Under the pieces are notes generated by a model. That model worked only from the letters and a program-made list of their open reading frames with translations, was not told the origin of the DNA and ran no database searches. Made by a program: the position numbers and the translations under genes. DNA of 64,000 bases. Origin: the human T2T-CHM13v2.0 reference genome, Homo sapiens. This document shows, one piece after another, positions 1-35,487 of this stretch (within the stretch, counting starts at the first letter, position 1; the number at the start of each line of letters is the position of its first letter). The stretch is from NCBI RefSeq assembly GCF_009914755.1, contig NC_060941.1. The stretch is one strand, 5' to 3'.

Positions 1-472
<472 letters not shown>

Positions 473-599
473 TAGCTCATACCAGTTCTAACCCCAAGGT
501 CTCTTATCCTCCTCCAGGAGTCTAGCAGGGGATTGGGGCAGGGGTGGGAGGGCTTGTCTGACTGATACTTTTCCTTTCGGTACCTTCCTGGGATCCTAG

Positions 600-13536
<12,937 letters not shown>

Positions 13537-14033
13537 CGGGGCCCTGGGCTGGGGCTGTCCCACACTGGACCCAGCTCTCCCCCTGCAGCCAGGCTTCCCG
13601 GGCCGCCCCTCTTTCCCCTCCCTGGGCTTTTGCTTTTACTGGTTTGATTTCACTGGAGCCTGCTGGGAACGTGACCTCTGACCCCTGATGCTTTCGTGAT
13701 CACGTGACCATCCTCTTCCCCAACATGTCCTCTTCCCAAAACTGTGCCTGTCCCCAGCTTCTGGGGAGGGACACAGCTTCCCCTTCCCAGGAATTGAGTG
13801 GGCCTAGCCCCTCCCCCCTTTTCTCCATTTGAGAGGAGAGTGCTTGGGGCTTGAACCCCTTACCCCACTGCTGCTGACTGGGCAGGGCCCTGGACCCCTT
13901 TATTTGCACGTCAGGGGAGCCGGCTCCCCCCTTGAATGTACCAGACCCTGGGGGGGGTCACTGGGCCCTAGATTTTTGGGGGGTCACCAGCCACTCCAGG
14001 GGCAGGGACCATTTCTTCATTTTCTGAAAGCAC

Positions 14034-14039
14034 TTTAAT
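14034..14039 (-). terminator. Probable CHRNE poly(A) signal ATTAAA (second candidate AATAAA at 13899-13904)
   Basis: First canonical hexamer on the minus strand downstream of the CHRNE stop; lies inside the MINK1 3' UTR. Confidence 0.7.
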
Positions 14040-14284
14040 GATTCCCCTTCCCCCAAACTCCAGGGAATGGAGGGGGGACCCCGCCAGCCAAAACATTCCC
14101 CCCATTCCCGACCCCCATCTCCTCTTCTAGCCCATGCCCTTCCCCGGTGGAGGGAGGGAGCAGGGAGCCCTCACTCTCCACGCCCCTTGCTTGCATCTGT
14201 ATATAGTGTGAGCAGCAAGTAACCCTTCTCCTCCCTCCCCCCTCCCCCCTCCTCAATGTAGTGGCCTTGGATATCCTGTTTGTT

Positions 14285-14290
14285 AATAAA
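14285..14290 (+). terminator. MINK1 poly(A) signal AATAAA
   Basis: First AATAAA after the stop, followed by a GU/U-rich stretch. Confidence 0.85.
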
Positions 14291-14987
14291 GACAATTCAA
14301 CCAGCTCCCACCATGCAGGCCGCATGTCCTTGCTTTCTGTCAGTACTGTAGACTAGGCAGAGAGAGCCTCCAGGGTGGGGAAGAAAGGGGCAGGGTGGGC
14401 TGGGATCTGCAATGAGTGAGCCTCATGGGGTGGGATGGGCAGTGCTGGGCCAAGAAAACCTAGAAGAAATGACTGTGGAAGGGTCAGGGCAGCCTCAGCC
14501 TTAAACCTGTGGGCCTGAGGGCCACCAGCACTGAAGGTGTTTGGTTCCCACCCGCTCCAGCAGAGCCAGACCAGGGAAGAAGAGGGTTTCCTGGCTACAG
14601 CCTCCCTGTGTGCAAGTCCTGCAAAGGGGTCTCCTGTTTGGCTATGAAATGAATATAGATAGATAGCTCACAAGCTGGCAGCCACCAGAGTCCCGTGGGG
14701 CTGAGCCTTAGAAAGGCTGGGAGGTCAGCAAGGCTGAATGAAGGGCAGTCCTTGCTTTCTGGAAGACTGGCACCTGAGAGCCTATGTGAACCCTTTCCTC
14801 CTGCTGACCCCTGGACTGCGGCCAGGCCTACACACGCCAGGGAGCGGGCACACACCATTCTTGTGAAGTTCACAAACTGCAGATTGATCAGCAGGGGGAA
14901 GGGATCATAATGCCGTGGTGGCAGCAGCCTACTTTTTCAAAATCAATTTCCTACTGGAGATGGGTGGGAAATTGAAGTCGGTGCGAG

Positions 14988-19311
<4,324 letters not shown>

Positions 19312-19402
19312 CCTGCTGCGTGGTTCTCAGGGTTATTCTGAGCTCTGGCAGGCTTGGAGGGGGCATGCCAGGGTGCCTGTATGAGGGGGAGGAGGGTGTT
19401 AG

Positions 19403-19408
19403 TTCCGG
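19403..19408 (-). promoter_or_regulatory. CHRNE N-box (CCGGAA; Ets/GABP synapse-specific element)
   Basis: TTCCGG on +, at c.-97..-92 from the ATG, the established N-box position mutated in congenital myasthenic syndrome. Confidence 0.92.
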
Positions 19409-19451
19409 GCTGTTAGGGGACTGTCACCTAATCCTCTGCTCACCCCTGCTG

Positions 19452-19595
19452 CAGCTGGGGACATTTTGGCTGCTTCCAGAGGCAGCTGCCCCATCCTGTG
19501 TTTCCTGCCCCTGCCCCGCCCCAGCCCAGCGTCCTTTGCCTGGTATTTGGCCAACTCCCCAGCCACAGATGTGGGCGTCTCCTGAGAGGCACCTG
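19452..19595. promoter_or_regulatory. Myogenic E-box cluster of the CHRNE promoter
   Basis: CAGCTG 19452-19457 and 19483-19488, CAGATG 19566-19571, CACCTG 19590-19595. Confidence 0.65.
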
Positions 19596-20087
19596 CAACC
19601 ACAATTCTAGTAGCAGGGGGTGGGAGACACTGCTTTCAGCAGGCACTGTTGTCCTTTGAGTAAGCTGCCCCGTGTAGGTGACCCTGACTGATGAACACAT
19701 CTGGGGATGTGACACACCCCTTGCCTCCCATTCTCACCCATGTGGAACACACACTATCACCACCCAAGCTCACAATGCCTTTCTTGCCGACAGAGTGGCA
19801 AAAAACAGTCTCCATAAAGACCTGATAAAGAGACAGGTGGTCACAGGGGATTAGCCCTGCGGTACAGAGATTCCATCTAGCAAAGGAGATCATGTAAAGG
19901 ACCCACCTCCTTCCACAACCTGATCGCCAGGTTTGCCCATGCCCAGCCCCTCTGGGTGGGAGACTTGTTTCTCCTTGTCTATCCCTGCTGCCACCTTGTG
20001 GTCACAGATGATAGTACCGTCTTCCCATCCTACTCTCCTAAACACACACGCGCACACATACACACACACCTGATGACACCTTAATAG

Positions 20088-20310
<223 letters not shown>

Positions 20311-21804
20311 TAGCCAGGATGGTCTCGATCTCCTGACCTCGTGAGCCACCTACCTGGGCCTCCCAAAGTGCTGGGATTATAGGCGTGAGCCACCGCGCCC
20401 AGCCTCGATGTTTTTTGTTTTTCTGTTTCTTTTTTTGTTTTTTGTTTTTTGCAGGGGGTGGGGGGACAGGATCTCACTCTGTCACCCAGACAGGAGTACA
20501 GTGGCACCACCATAGTTCACTGCGGCTCTCAAACTCCTGGGCTAAAGCGATCCTCCTGCCTCAGCTTCCCAAAGGGTTAGGATTACAGGTGTGAGCCACC
20601 ACGCCCGGCCTCAGTGTTTTTTAAAGCCTTCTTGAACCATTCTAATCACCTGGAGGGGTGCTTATTTTAAATTCAGATTCCTAGGCTCCATTCCCAGAGA
20701 ATTATGATTTCGGGACTAGGGTGCCAGGAATCTGTATTTTTAGGAAACTGTCCAGGTGTTCCTCGTGAGGTAGGAGGGGCTGGCCTAAGCATATTTTCTG
20801 CTTACATCTCATTTCCTCACAGCAGTCCAGCAAAGCAATGATCACTGTCCTGAATACATGAAAGGGGATGCTAAGGTCGGGATCCAGGGTCACACAAGTA
20901 GATTGGCAATAATGCATGAGACTTATCAATCAACTCTATTGATCTCGTACACCTGTGTTTATTTTACCCTTCACAAAACACTTTCGGGTCCATCACCTTT
21001 GGGTCTCCTTCCCCCACCTATGAGGTAGGTCATAATCACCTCCATGTTACAAGCGAGGACACATCAAATAACAGAGTGTCCTCCTAGTCCATTTCCCACA
21101 CTTGTGTAAAGCCTCTGTTTCCACTGCTGCCTTATCAACCCCACGATTTCCATTTCAGACTCCCTTTCTGGGTCTCTTTGACCCAGCTTACCTCTTTGCA
21201 TGTGGCTGGTACATGGACTAAGTCTCAAATCTGTGCTGCTGCTTATTCCAGAGCTTCCGCGTCAAGGCTTGGGACAAGAATTGTGATAAATGCAAATATT
21301 TATTCAAACATCAGTGGACACCTACAAAGTTCCCCCTTACAGGGCCGAGTGCTACGGTTATTGAGATGGATAAAACAAGCCTCAAGGAGTTATCATCTAA
21401 TGACAGAGACCTATCAACAGCCAGTGATGCCAGACTATGAGAAGCATAAAAATAAACAGGTGCTATAGAATCTGTAGCTAGGGTGAATCAGATCTGTCAG
21501 AAAAGCAAGGTTTTGGCCAGGCACAGTGGCTCATGCCTGTAATCCTAACTATTTGGGAGGCTGAGGCTGGAGCATCACTTGAGCCCAGGAGTTCAAGACC
21601 AGCCTGGGCAACACAGTGAGACCCCCCATCTCTACAAAAATAAATAAACAACAACAAAAAATATTAGCCAGGCATCATGGTGCATGCCTGTAGTCCCAGC
21701 TACTTAGGAGGCTCAGGCGGGAGGATTGCTTGACCCTAAGAGATCAAGGACACAGTGAGCTACGATCACACTACACTCCAGCCTGGGTGACAAGCGAGAC
21801 CCTA

Positions 21805-22182
<378 letters not shown>

Positions 22183-22739
22183 TCAGAGGCCAAGGCAGCT
22201 CCAGAGCCTGTCTCCTGATCTGTCTCTGCCGCTCTGTCCGCTCTCTGCTCCTCTCACTTCGTCAGCACTGCCCATTCCCCCTACTTTGCATGTCCCCTTT
22301 CTACTGTGTAGTTTCTGCTTTCTCGTCACCTGTGCATCATTTCACCATGGTCTTAGCCCCAGACCAACTTCTTGGCTTCTCTCTGCAGAGGCAGCACTTT
22401 TGTTCCTGTTGCTACTGCCTGATGCTCTGAGGGCTTGGGGTGCCAACACTGAAGAAGGATCATGGGGTTGGCCTAAGACTGCCTTGTTTAGGATGGATAG
22501 TGGGTGTGGCAGGCCCTGACACCACATGTCTGGTAATTCACCCTCTAGCAACCCAGCCCACTTCTCCTATATGTTTAGCTCCCAAAACGGCCTGCCAGGA
22601 TGCCATTCTCACTGCTAGAGCTGAAATATATACAAATATATGAAATATACATAAATTAATACAGTTAATATAAATTCACTCTATCCTCCCCAGCAGGATT
22701 CAAACTTGAAATCTTGCTTCAAAAAGTGATTATGAGAAA

Positions 22740-23490
22740 AAAAATCTAATAATCTGATCAAAAAGAGGGCAGAAGATTTGAATAGACGCTTCTCAAAATA
22801 AGACACACAAATGCCAAACAGGTATAAGAAAACGTGCTCAGCATCATTGGTCATCACTGGGAGGCTGAGGTAGGAGAATTGCTTGAGCCTGGGAGTTCAA
22901 GACCAGCCTGGGCAATATAGTGAGACCTCATCTGTAAATAAATAAATAAAATTTTAAAAAACAGATGAATGGTGAGCCAAGATCATGCCACTGCATCCTA
23001 GCCTGGGAAACAAGAGAGAAAACTGTTTAAAAAAAAAAGAAAAAAGAAAAACACAGATGAATGGATAAAGCAAATGTGGTACATATACACAATGGAGCAC
23101 CATTCACCCATAAAAAAGGATGAGATCCTGTCATTTGCAACAACATGAATGGAACTGGAGATCATTATGTTAGGTGAAATAAGCCAGGCACAGAAAGACA
23201 ATCATTGCATGTTCTCACTTATTTGTGGGAGTTAAAAATCAAAACAATTGACCTCATGGACATAGAGAGTAGAAGGATGGTTACCAGAGGCTGGGAAGGG
23301 TAGTGGGCAGGTAGGTGGATGGTGGGGATGGTTAATGGGTACAAAAAAAATAGAATAAGACCTACTATTTGATAGCACAACAGAGTGACTGTAGTCAATA
23401 ATAATTTCATTGTACATGTTAAAAAAAACTTAGAGTGTAATTGCATGGTTGGTAACTTAAAGGATAAATGATTGGGGGAATTAAAAAAAA
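22740..23490 (+). mobile_element. L1M ORF2 3' end / 3' UTR fragment, Alu-interrupted
   Basis: L1 signatures GATGAATGGATAAAG...ATGTGGTACATATACACAATGG and TTCTCACTTATTTGTGGGAG. Confidence 0.85.
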
Positions 23491-23623
23491 AAAGTGATTA
23501 TGGCAAGGGTCCTTCAAGAAAACACTCCGGGCCGGGCGCGGGGGCTCACGCCTGTAATCCCTGCACTTCGGGAGGCCGAGGCGGGCGGATCACGAGGTCA
23601 GGAGATCAAGACCATCCTGGCTA

Positions 23624-23889
<266 letters not shown>

Positions 23890-23954
23890 TCAGGTCTGAT
23901 TTCCATCCATTCTCCAAATGATGGGCTAAATCCTCAACTTAAGCACCACAACTA

Positions 23955-24149
<195 letters not shown>

Positions 24150-24894
24150 TCAGGCACGGTGGCTCACACCAGTAATCCCAGCACTTTGGGAGGCTGAGGC
24201 CGGCGGATCACGAGGTCAGTAGTTTGGGACCAGCCTGATCAACATGGTGAAACCCCGTCTCTACTAAAGATACAAAAAATTAGCCAGGGGATTACACCTG
24301 TAATCCCGGCTACTCGGGAGGCTGAGGCAGGAGAATCCCCTTGAACCAGGCAGTCAGAGGTTGCGGTGAGCCTAGATCGTGCCATTGCACTCCAGCCTGG
24401 TGACAGAGTGAGACTCTGTCTCAAAATAATAATAATAATAAAATGCAACAGTTAACAAAACTACATTTGAGCCAACAACCTGCATAGGAGAGGTGCGGGT
24501 TAGAGTGAGTAGAAATCCTCATTCCTGGAAGGCTGCAGTGGCCATGGGCCTCACACATAGACCGCATTCACCCGAGAGCCAGGGGCTGGAGCTGCAACTT
24601 GTGAGTGACCAGTGCATCCCAGGGGCTTGCCTTGCTCCTCATGCTGGAGGAGTTTCCGGAAGGGGCTCTTGCCACTTCCCACATCACAGCAGTGCGTTCC
24701 TGCCAGTGCTGGGAGCAACGCTCAGCCACCGTCTTTGTCTAGGTTTGGTTTGCTCACAGTGAGGACTGCCTCGGGGGCTGAGACTTCCTGCCGAGTTAGT
24801 GGAGTCAGGCACAGGCCTGCTAGCCAGGGCTGATGGTTCGTATTTTCATAATGAAAATTCCCCAGAACCTGAATGGGCTGCCTGACAATTCCCC

Positions 24895-25258
24895 TACACA
24901 CACAGACACACAGACACACACACACACAGAGACACACACATACACAGATACACAGACACACACACAGACACACACAGAGACACAGACACAAAGACACACA
25001 GACACAGACACACAAACACACACAGACACACAGACACACACACAGCCACACACACAGCCACAGACACACACACACAGACACACACAGATACACGCAGACA
25101 CACGCAGACACACAGACACGCAGACATCCAGACACACACACACAGACACACACACACACACCCAGACACACAAACACACAGACCCAGATACACACATACA
25201 CACAGACACAGGCATGGACCCACACACACACACAGACACACACACAGACACACACACC
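24895..25258. repeat. ~365-bp compound (CA)n/(CAGA) low-complexity repeat
   Basis: Direct reading; explains the HT/CV-repeat ORFs. Confidence 0.97.
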
Positions 25259-25342
25259 CCGGGATGCTTTGACTTCCAAGTTAGACCCAAAAGAACTAGC
25301 TCAACAGGAAGCCACTCCCGTCGCCTGCCGGCTTCTGGCTAG

Positions 25343-25699
<357 letters not shown>

Positions 25700-26429
25700 T
25701 AATTTTTGTATATTTAGTACAGACGGGGTTTCACCATGTTGGCCAGGCTGGTCTCGAACTCCTAACCTCAGGCGACCCACCCGCCTCGGCCTCCTAAAGT
25801 GCTGGAATTACAGGCACGAGCCCGTATGAGGGAAATACATGAAGTCACGGGTGCTTTATCTTCCAGCACCTTCCCTTCTTCTGAGAACTGTCCGTCTCCA
25901 ATCCTGTGGGCCCAGAGGATCTGCCTGGAACGGAGACAGCCCACCCCTGGCCAGAGGGGACTGGTCTCAGGAGGACACCTGACCCAAGCCAGGCCAAAGA
26001 AAGTCCCTTCCCTGGGAATGTTCTCAAACAAAACACAGGAAAGCAGTCTGTCTCTGCTGCCACAAGCTATGAAACCTGGATGCATGGGCTGCCATGTTCA
26101 TTCCTCGTTTTTTACGTGTGTAAGAGAGAATGCAGCTGAGACGCAGACGAGCAGAGACAAGAATGCGCCTCAGCGTTCCCGCCCCGCCCCAGGAATACCT
26201 GAGGCCCAGCAGAGCTGCTACAGGCTGGCTGCCCACAAGTCCTCTGATGGAATGAGGAAACTCAGCCTCTTTCCAATATATCCCCCTTTTCTTGGCTTAA
26301 TATATGAGGATTTTCAGGGAGGGCAGGGTGGCTCGTGCCTGTAATCCCAGCACTTTGGGAGGCCAAGACGTGCGCTTTTGCCCAGGGGTTCAAGACCAGC
26401 CTGGGCAACATGGTGAAACCCCATCTCTG

Positions 26430-26466
<37 letters not shown>

Positions 26467-26558
26467 CAGGGCGCTGTGGCTCACGCCTGTAATTCCAGCA
26501 CTTTGGGAGGCCGAGGTGGGCGGATCACGAGGTCAGGAGATGGAGACCATCCTGGCTA

Positions 26559-26804
<246 letters not shown>

Positions 26805-27846
26805 TTACTCAGGAGGCTGAAGTGGAAAGGGGGGAGAATCAATTGAACCTGGGAGGCAGAAGTTGCAGTGAGTGGTGATCCTACCATTGCACCCTCCAGC
26901 CTGGGTGACAGAGTGAGACTCTGTCTCAAAAAACAAAAAAAACAAAAAAAAAAAAAAAACAAAGAATTTTCAGGTCAGGGGTGGTGGCTCCAACCTGTAA
27001 TCCCAGCACTTTGTGAGGTCAAGGTGGGAGGATTGCTTGAGGCCAGGAGTTCGAGACTAGCTTGGGCAACATGGCGAAACCCTATCTCTACAGAAATAAA
27101 AACAAAAAGAAAAAGAAAAGTAAAGCGTTCCACTTGAGGCCAGGTGCAGTGGTTTACGCCTGTAATCCCAGCACTTTAGGAGGCTGAGGCGGGCGGATCA
27201 CCTGAGGTAGGGAGTTTGAGACCAGAAAAAAAAGAAAAAGAAAAAAAAACTGAAGCCAAGAAAGTCATAGACCAAACAAGAATTAATGAACTAATTAGTA
27301 TCTCAGAGGAAAGAAGGCCTTCCTTCCTTTCCCTAGAGCCCAAATCAGAGACCATAAAGAAAAAGAAAAAATACATCAACTTCTGTAGGGCAAAAACTAT
27401 GAAACGAAAGGCAAGCAAACAACAAACTGGGAGAAAATGTCTGTAACCAGTGACATCTCTGCTGTATTTATGAAGCCCTCACAGAAAGCCATGAAGAGCT
27501 GACAAAACCTGGGCACCGTGGGGAAACGGTGAGAAACCCCGGGAGAGAGGAAGATCTGGACTTGGAGAAGAACAGCACACCAGAGCAGAAGGGGGCTGGT
27601 GCCTAGGAAAGAGATGAACAAAAATGGTAAAAACTCCAAAGTGATTTCAAAGAGGGATAAAAATGTGGAGGGTGGGGGAGGGGGAGATGGAGAGAAAGAG
27701 GAGAGGGAGGCCACCAGGGCGGCCCCAGGGCCAGGGCTAAGCACTCACCCTCCCCAGGAGGCAATCTCTCCACAAACTTGGGTAAAGAAGAGAAAACAAA
27801 AGTCCTTGCAACTTACCAGTACAGGAAGGAGAGTCCATACCGTTCA

Positions 27847-28263
<417 letters not shown>

Positions 28264-28503
28264 TCAGCAAAGAATGGATGCTGCGTTCACGGGCAGTTTC
28301 CACCACATTGTGGGCTTGCCTTCAGAAAGAGAGAAGGTGGTGGCAGAGATGATGCCGCTGCAGAAGCCAGAAGAGGGTCCAGCTGATGTTCAAAGTTCAG
28401 GAGGAAAGGATTCAATATCAGAGAAAAACTACTAAGAACTCCCAGTACCTAAACAGTTTGATGAGGTGGGAATCCCAAACAGAAAGGAGGCAAGAAGTAA
28501 TTA

Positions 28504-28677
<174 letters not shown>

Positions 28678-28680
28678 TTA

Positions 28681-28959
<279 letters not shown>

Positions 28960-29524
28960 TTAACTTTTTCATCAAGACAGGGTCTCGCTATGCTATGTTG
29001 TCCACGCTGGTCCCAAACTCCTGAGGTCAAATGATCCTCCTGCCTTGGCCTCCTGAGTAGCATCAACTGCAGCCTCACTTCACCATGGCTGGCTTGACTT
29101 TTAATGCTCCTACTACCAATACTTATTTATACTATTAATACTAAAAGTAAATAGAAGTCCATTTTTATTTATTTAATTTTTAATTTTTTTTTTTTTTGAG
29201 ACAGAGTCTCACTCTGTTGCCCAGGCTGGAATGCAGTGACGTGATCACAGCTCACTGAAACCTCCACTTCCCAGGTTCAAGCAATTCCCCTGTCTCAGCC
29301 TCCCAAATAGCTGGGACTACAGGTGCGCGCCACCATACCCTGCTAATTTTTTGTATTTTAGTAGAGATGGGGTTTCACCATGTTGGCCAGGATGGTCTTG
29401 ATCTTCTTACCTCGTGATCCACCGGTCTCGGCCTCCCAAAGTGCTGGGATTACAGGCGTGAGCCACTGCGCCCAGCTGGAAGTCTATTTTTATTTTTATT
29501 TATTATTATTATTATTATTTTTGA

Positions 29525-29674
<150 letters not shown>

Positions 29675-30055
29675 TAGTAGAGACAGGGTTTCTTCATGTT
29701 GGTCAGGCTGATCTCAAATTCCTGACCTCAGCTGATCCACCCGCCTCGGCCTCCTGGGATTACAAGCATGAGCCACCGCACCTGGCCCGGGAAGTCTATA
29801 TTTAAAAAGAAAGTGGTATCTGAGTTAGGTGGCTGTCATCTGTAATCCCAGCATTTTGGGAGGTCAAGGCTGAAGGATAGGTTGAGCTCAGGAGTTCTGG
29901 ACCAGCCTGGAACATAGTGAGACACCCCCCAATCTCTACAAAAAAAAAATTCTTAATTCTAATGTTCAAACGTTGTTTTAGGCTGGGCGCAGTGGCCTGT
30001 AATCCCAACACTTTGGGAGGCTGAGGCAGGCATATCACTTGAGGTCAGGAGTTCA

Positions 30056-30277
<222 letters not shown>

Positions 30278-31147
30278 TCAGAGGACGCTTATAAAAGTGA
30301 GACATGAGACAGAGAGAAAAGCCCAAGGAGGTTCCTTATTTAATGTTTTCAATCTTCTCCCAATGCATGGAGCAGCTCCTGCCTCTTAGAACATGGGCCA
30401 TGCTTCTGAGTGCCTGCTGTTCCAAAGTCTGCCATCCAGAGGGACAGACAGACATTAAAACAAAGTAGCAGAACAGCTTTGGCAAGGTGCCCTAGGAATT
30501 TATAATACAGTAACTAATCCAGTCTAGAAAGCTCAAAATACACTTTCTCTCCTGGAATTGACCCAGAGCTAAAGCCACCAATTGACCAAATGCCTGCTAA
30601 CAGTGCCCATGTTTAAAGTCCAAGATCCCCCAGGTGACAGATTAATTAGTGACTCTCTCATGCAAACCTTGGATAGAAACATTCTACTTCAACTATCCAG
30701 GCTCCTTATCGGACTCAGGATCCTTATCGGACTCAGGATCACTTCCACGGAACCCCACTTTTGATTCCAACTTTTGTTTTGTTTTAGGTGGACTCTTTTG
30801 GTTACAAAGAAAAAGGAATAAACTTAAATCACTTATTTATGTATACATTTATTTATTTATTTTTGAGACAGGGTCTCACAGAGTTGCCAAGGCTGCAGTG
30901 CCACCATTACAGCTCACCACAGCCTTGACCTCCCAGGCTGAAGTGATCCTCCCACCTCAGCCTCCGGAGTAGCTGAGACTACAGGTCCACACTATCACAC
31001 CCAGCTAATTTTTAAATTTCTTTGTAGAGCCGGGGTCTCACTGTGTTGCCCAGGCTGGTCTTAAACTCCTGGACTCAAGCAATCCTCCTACCTCAGCCTC
31101 CCAAAGTACTGGAATTACAGCCATGAGCCATCGCCCCTGGCTTTTAA

Positions 31148-31450
<303 letters not shown>

Positions 31451-32239
31451 TAAGCCACCGTGCCAGGCCTAATTTTTGTATTTTTATTTATTTAGACAGA
31501 GTCTCGCTCCATCACCCAGGCTGGAGTGCAAGTGGCGAGATCTCTGCTCACTGCAACCCCTGCCTCCCAGGTTCAAGGGGTTCTTGTGCCTCAGCCTCCT
31601 GAGCATAGCTGGGATTACAGACATGCACCACCACACCAGGCTAATTTTTAAAAATATTTTTCAGTAGAGACAGGGTTTTGCTGTGTTACCCAGACTCGTC
31701 TTGAACTCCTGTCCTCAAGTGATCCACCCGCCTCCGCTTCCCAAAGTGCTGGGATTACAGGAGTGAGCCACTGCACCCAGCCTATTTTTGTTGTTGTTGC
31801 TTCTCGGAGAACAGAGCTAACCCATAGACAATGTGCTCAGAGTCAGCTAAGTCACTTTTTTTTTAAAGGAAAGTTTTTCTGTCATCATGACAGGAATTAA
31901 TTCCAGCAAGAATTATCAGTGGATAGCCAGGCACGGCGGCTCACATCTGTAATCCCAGCACTTTGGGAGGCCGAGGCAGGCGGATCACGAGGTCAGGAGT
32001 TCGAGACCAGCCTGGCCAACATGGTGAAACCCCGTCTCTACTAAAAATACAAAAATTAGCTGGATGTGGTGGCGCGTGCCTGTAATTCCAGCTACTCAGT
32101 AGGCTGAGGCAGGAGAACTGCTTGAACCGGGACCAGGGAGGCAGAGGTTGTGGTGAGCCACGATCAACGATCACGCCATTGCACTCCAGCCTAGGCAACA
32201 AGAGTGAAACTCTGTCTCAAAAAAAAAAAAAAAATTATC

Positions 32240-33045
32240 AGTGGATGCTGCAGGATATAGGCCAGAGATTGAGAAGGAACAAGATATTTACATAGTATCA
32301 AAGTATCTCTCCACGAAAGTGCTCCTTAGTTACAAAGTAAAAAAACAGAATCTCCACAGTGGAGAAACATGGCGGATGCCACCTTAACCAAAGGATCAAA
32401 GTTAACATCCCCATTAAGGGTGAAATTGATATAATGTGTTTCCTGATAGGACCCACCAAGAAAGATCGCTGGTGTAATATTCCTGCCAGAAAAACATAAC
32501 CCAAATACAACCTTGTGGAAACATCTGACAAATTGAGGGAAACTCTACATAATTACTGGACTATAATTTTCAAAAATGTCAAATTTATGAAAAATAAAGA
32601 CAGGTTAAGGAACTAAAGCAAATTAAAGTGATATGGCCCTGGATTGGATTCTGGACAGGAAAGAAAAAAAGCAAAAAACAACAACCGTCAAGGACATTTT
32701 AGGACAATTGGCTAAATGGGATTATGGACTGTAGATTGGATGTGAGTATTGTATCAATGTTATATTTCCTAAAATTAATAACTGCACTGTAGTATATAAG
32801 GAAATGTCTTTGTTTTAGGAAACACATACTGAAATATTTAGTGGTAAAGAAACATAATGTCTTCAGCTTGTTCTCAAATGGTTCCAGAAAAAAACACTCA
32901 AGAGGGAGAAAGACAATATGATCAGGCAAATGAGACAAAATGTTAACACATGGTGAATCTGGGAAGAGGGCATGCAGTTCTTTGTACTATTCTGGTATTT
33001 TTTTCTGTAAGTTTTAAATTATATAAAAATAAAATCTTAGCAAAA
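32240..33045 (+). mobile_element. Old L1MC-type 3' UTR fragment
   Basis: Resembles the L1MC 3' end (CACAGTGGAGAAAC...CACCTTAACCAA...ATCAAAGTTAACATC); subfamily from memory. Confidence 0.7.
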
Positions 33046-33138
33046 ATGCTAATGTCTGGGACTCACATCGCCCCCCAGTTTCTTATTTTAATTTATTAAT
33101 TCATTATTTTATTTTATTTTATTATTTATTTATTTTGA

Positions 33139-33306
<168 letters not shown>

Positions 33307-33702
33307 TAGCAGAGATGAGGTCTTACTATGTTGCCCAGGCTGGTCTCAAGCCTCTGCAGTCAAGCAATCCTGTCTCAGCCTCCCAAAGTGCTGGGATTAC
33401 ATCTATGAGCCACTGAGCCTGGCTATTATTTATAATGGGGGAAAAAAGTGGAAACAAGGCAAATGATCATAAACAGCAGAAAGGAAAACTGCCTTTTACT
33501 CATTAAATACAATAAAGCATTGCGAATGAATGAATTATAGCTGTGGGTACATCAATATGAATATGTCTTAGAAATATAATGTCTGGCCGGGTGCAGTGGC
33601 TCACACCTGTAATCCCAGCATTTCTAGAAGCTGAGGTGGGTGGATCACTTGAGGTTAGGAGTTTGAGACCAGCCTCGCCAACGTAGTGAAACCCCGTCTC
33701 TA

Positions 33703-33831
<129 letters not shown>

Positions 33832-34327
33832 CTAGGCAACTAATGTTAACGCAAAAGTGTTTAGGACACTGGGGAAAAAAATATCGTATTAAATGGTTGC
33901 TGCTCTTAGAAGTAGGCCCATCCTGCAGGTAGAGACCAAGTGGAATTGCCTCCTGGTGCCCTGTTCAGATTTGGTGTGGCCCTTCAGGCAAACAGGAAAG
34001 CCTGCCTGGAGAAGCCCCGGAGAGATGCCTGGGGCCTGGCTGCAAAGGAACCAAGGGTCTGGTGCTTTCCCATTTGCTAGTGAGAGGCAGGGTCTTGCTC
34101 ATGATGTGGGAGGTCTGGAGCATAGGAAAAGGCCTTCGGGTGCTGAGCAGCTGAAAGGAGTGACAGATGTCATCCCAGAATCCCAGAAGACATGAGACTC
34201 ACAAAGCAACAGTAAGCAAGGAAAGCAGCTAATGCATTGGTAAGTCTAAGAAAGCTCTAACTGATGTTTTAAAATGGAAGCAGTTGTGGGAGAATCAAGC
34301 CCAGGAGTTTAAGATCTGCCTGGATAA

Positions 34328-34661
<334 letters not shown>

Positions 34662-34694
34662 TAAATTAGCTGGATGTGGTGGTGGGCACCTCTA

Positions 34695-34874
<180 letters not shown>

Positions 34875-35076
34875 TTAAATTCTCGGTGATATCTCATGAA
34901 AGATGAAGGGGTAGGGATAGAAAACGAAACACATTCTAAGAACCTTGTCTTGTTTTGGGGGCAATCAATAGTTATTAATTCTAGATTTTGATAGAAAGTT
35001 ACATTTAAATGTTATGTTAAAAATCAATGATTGCTAGCTGGGCATGGTGGCTTACACTTGTAATCCCAGCACTTTA

Positions 35077-35487
<411 letters not shown>

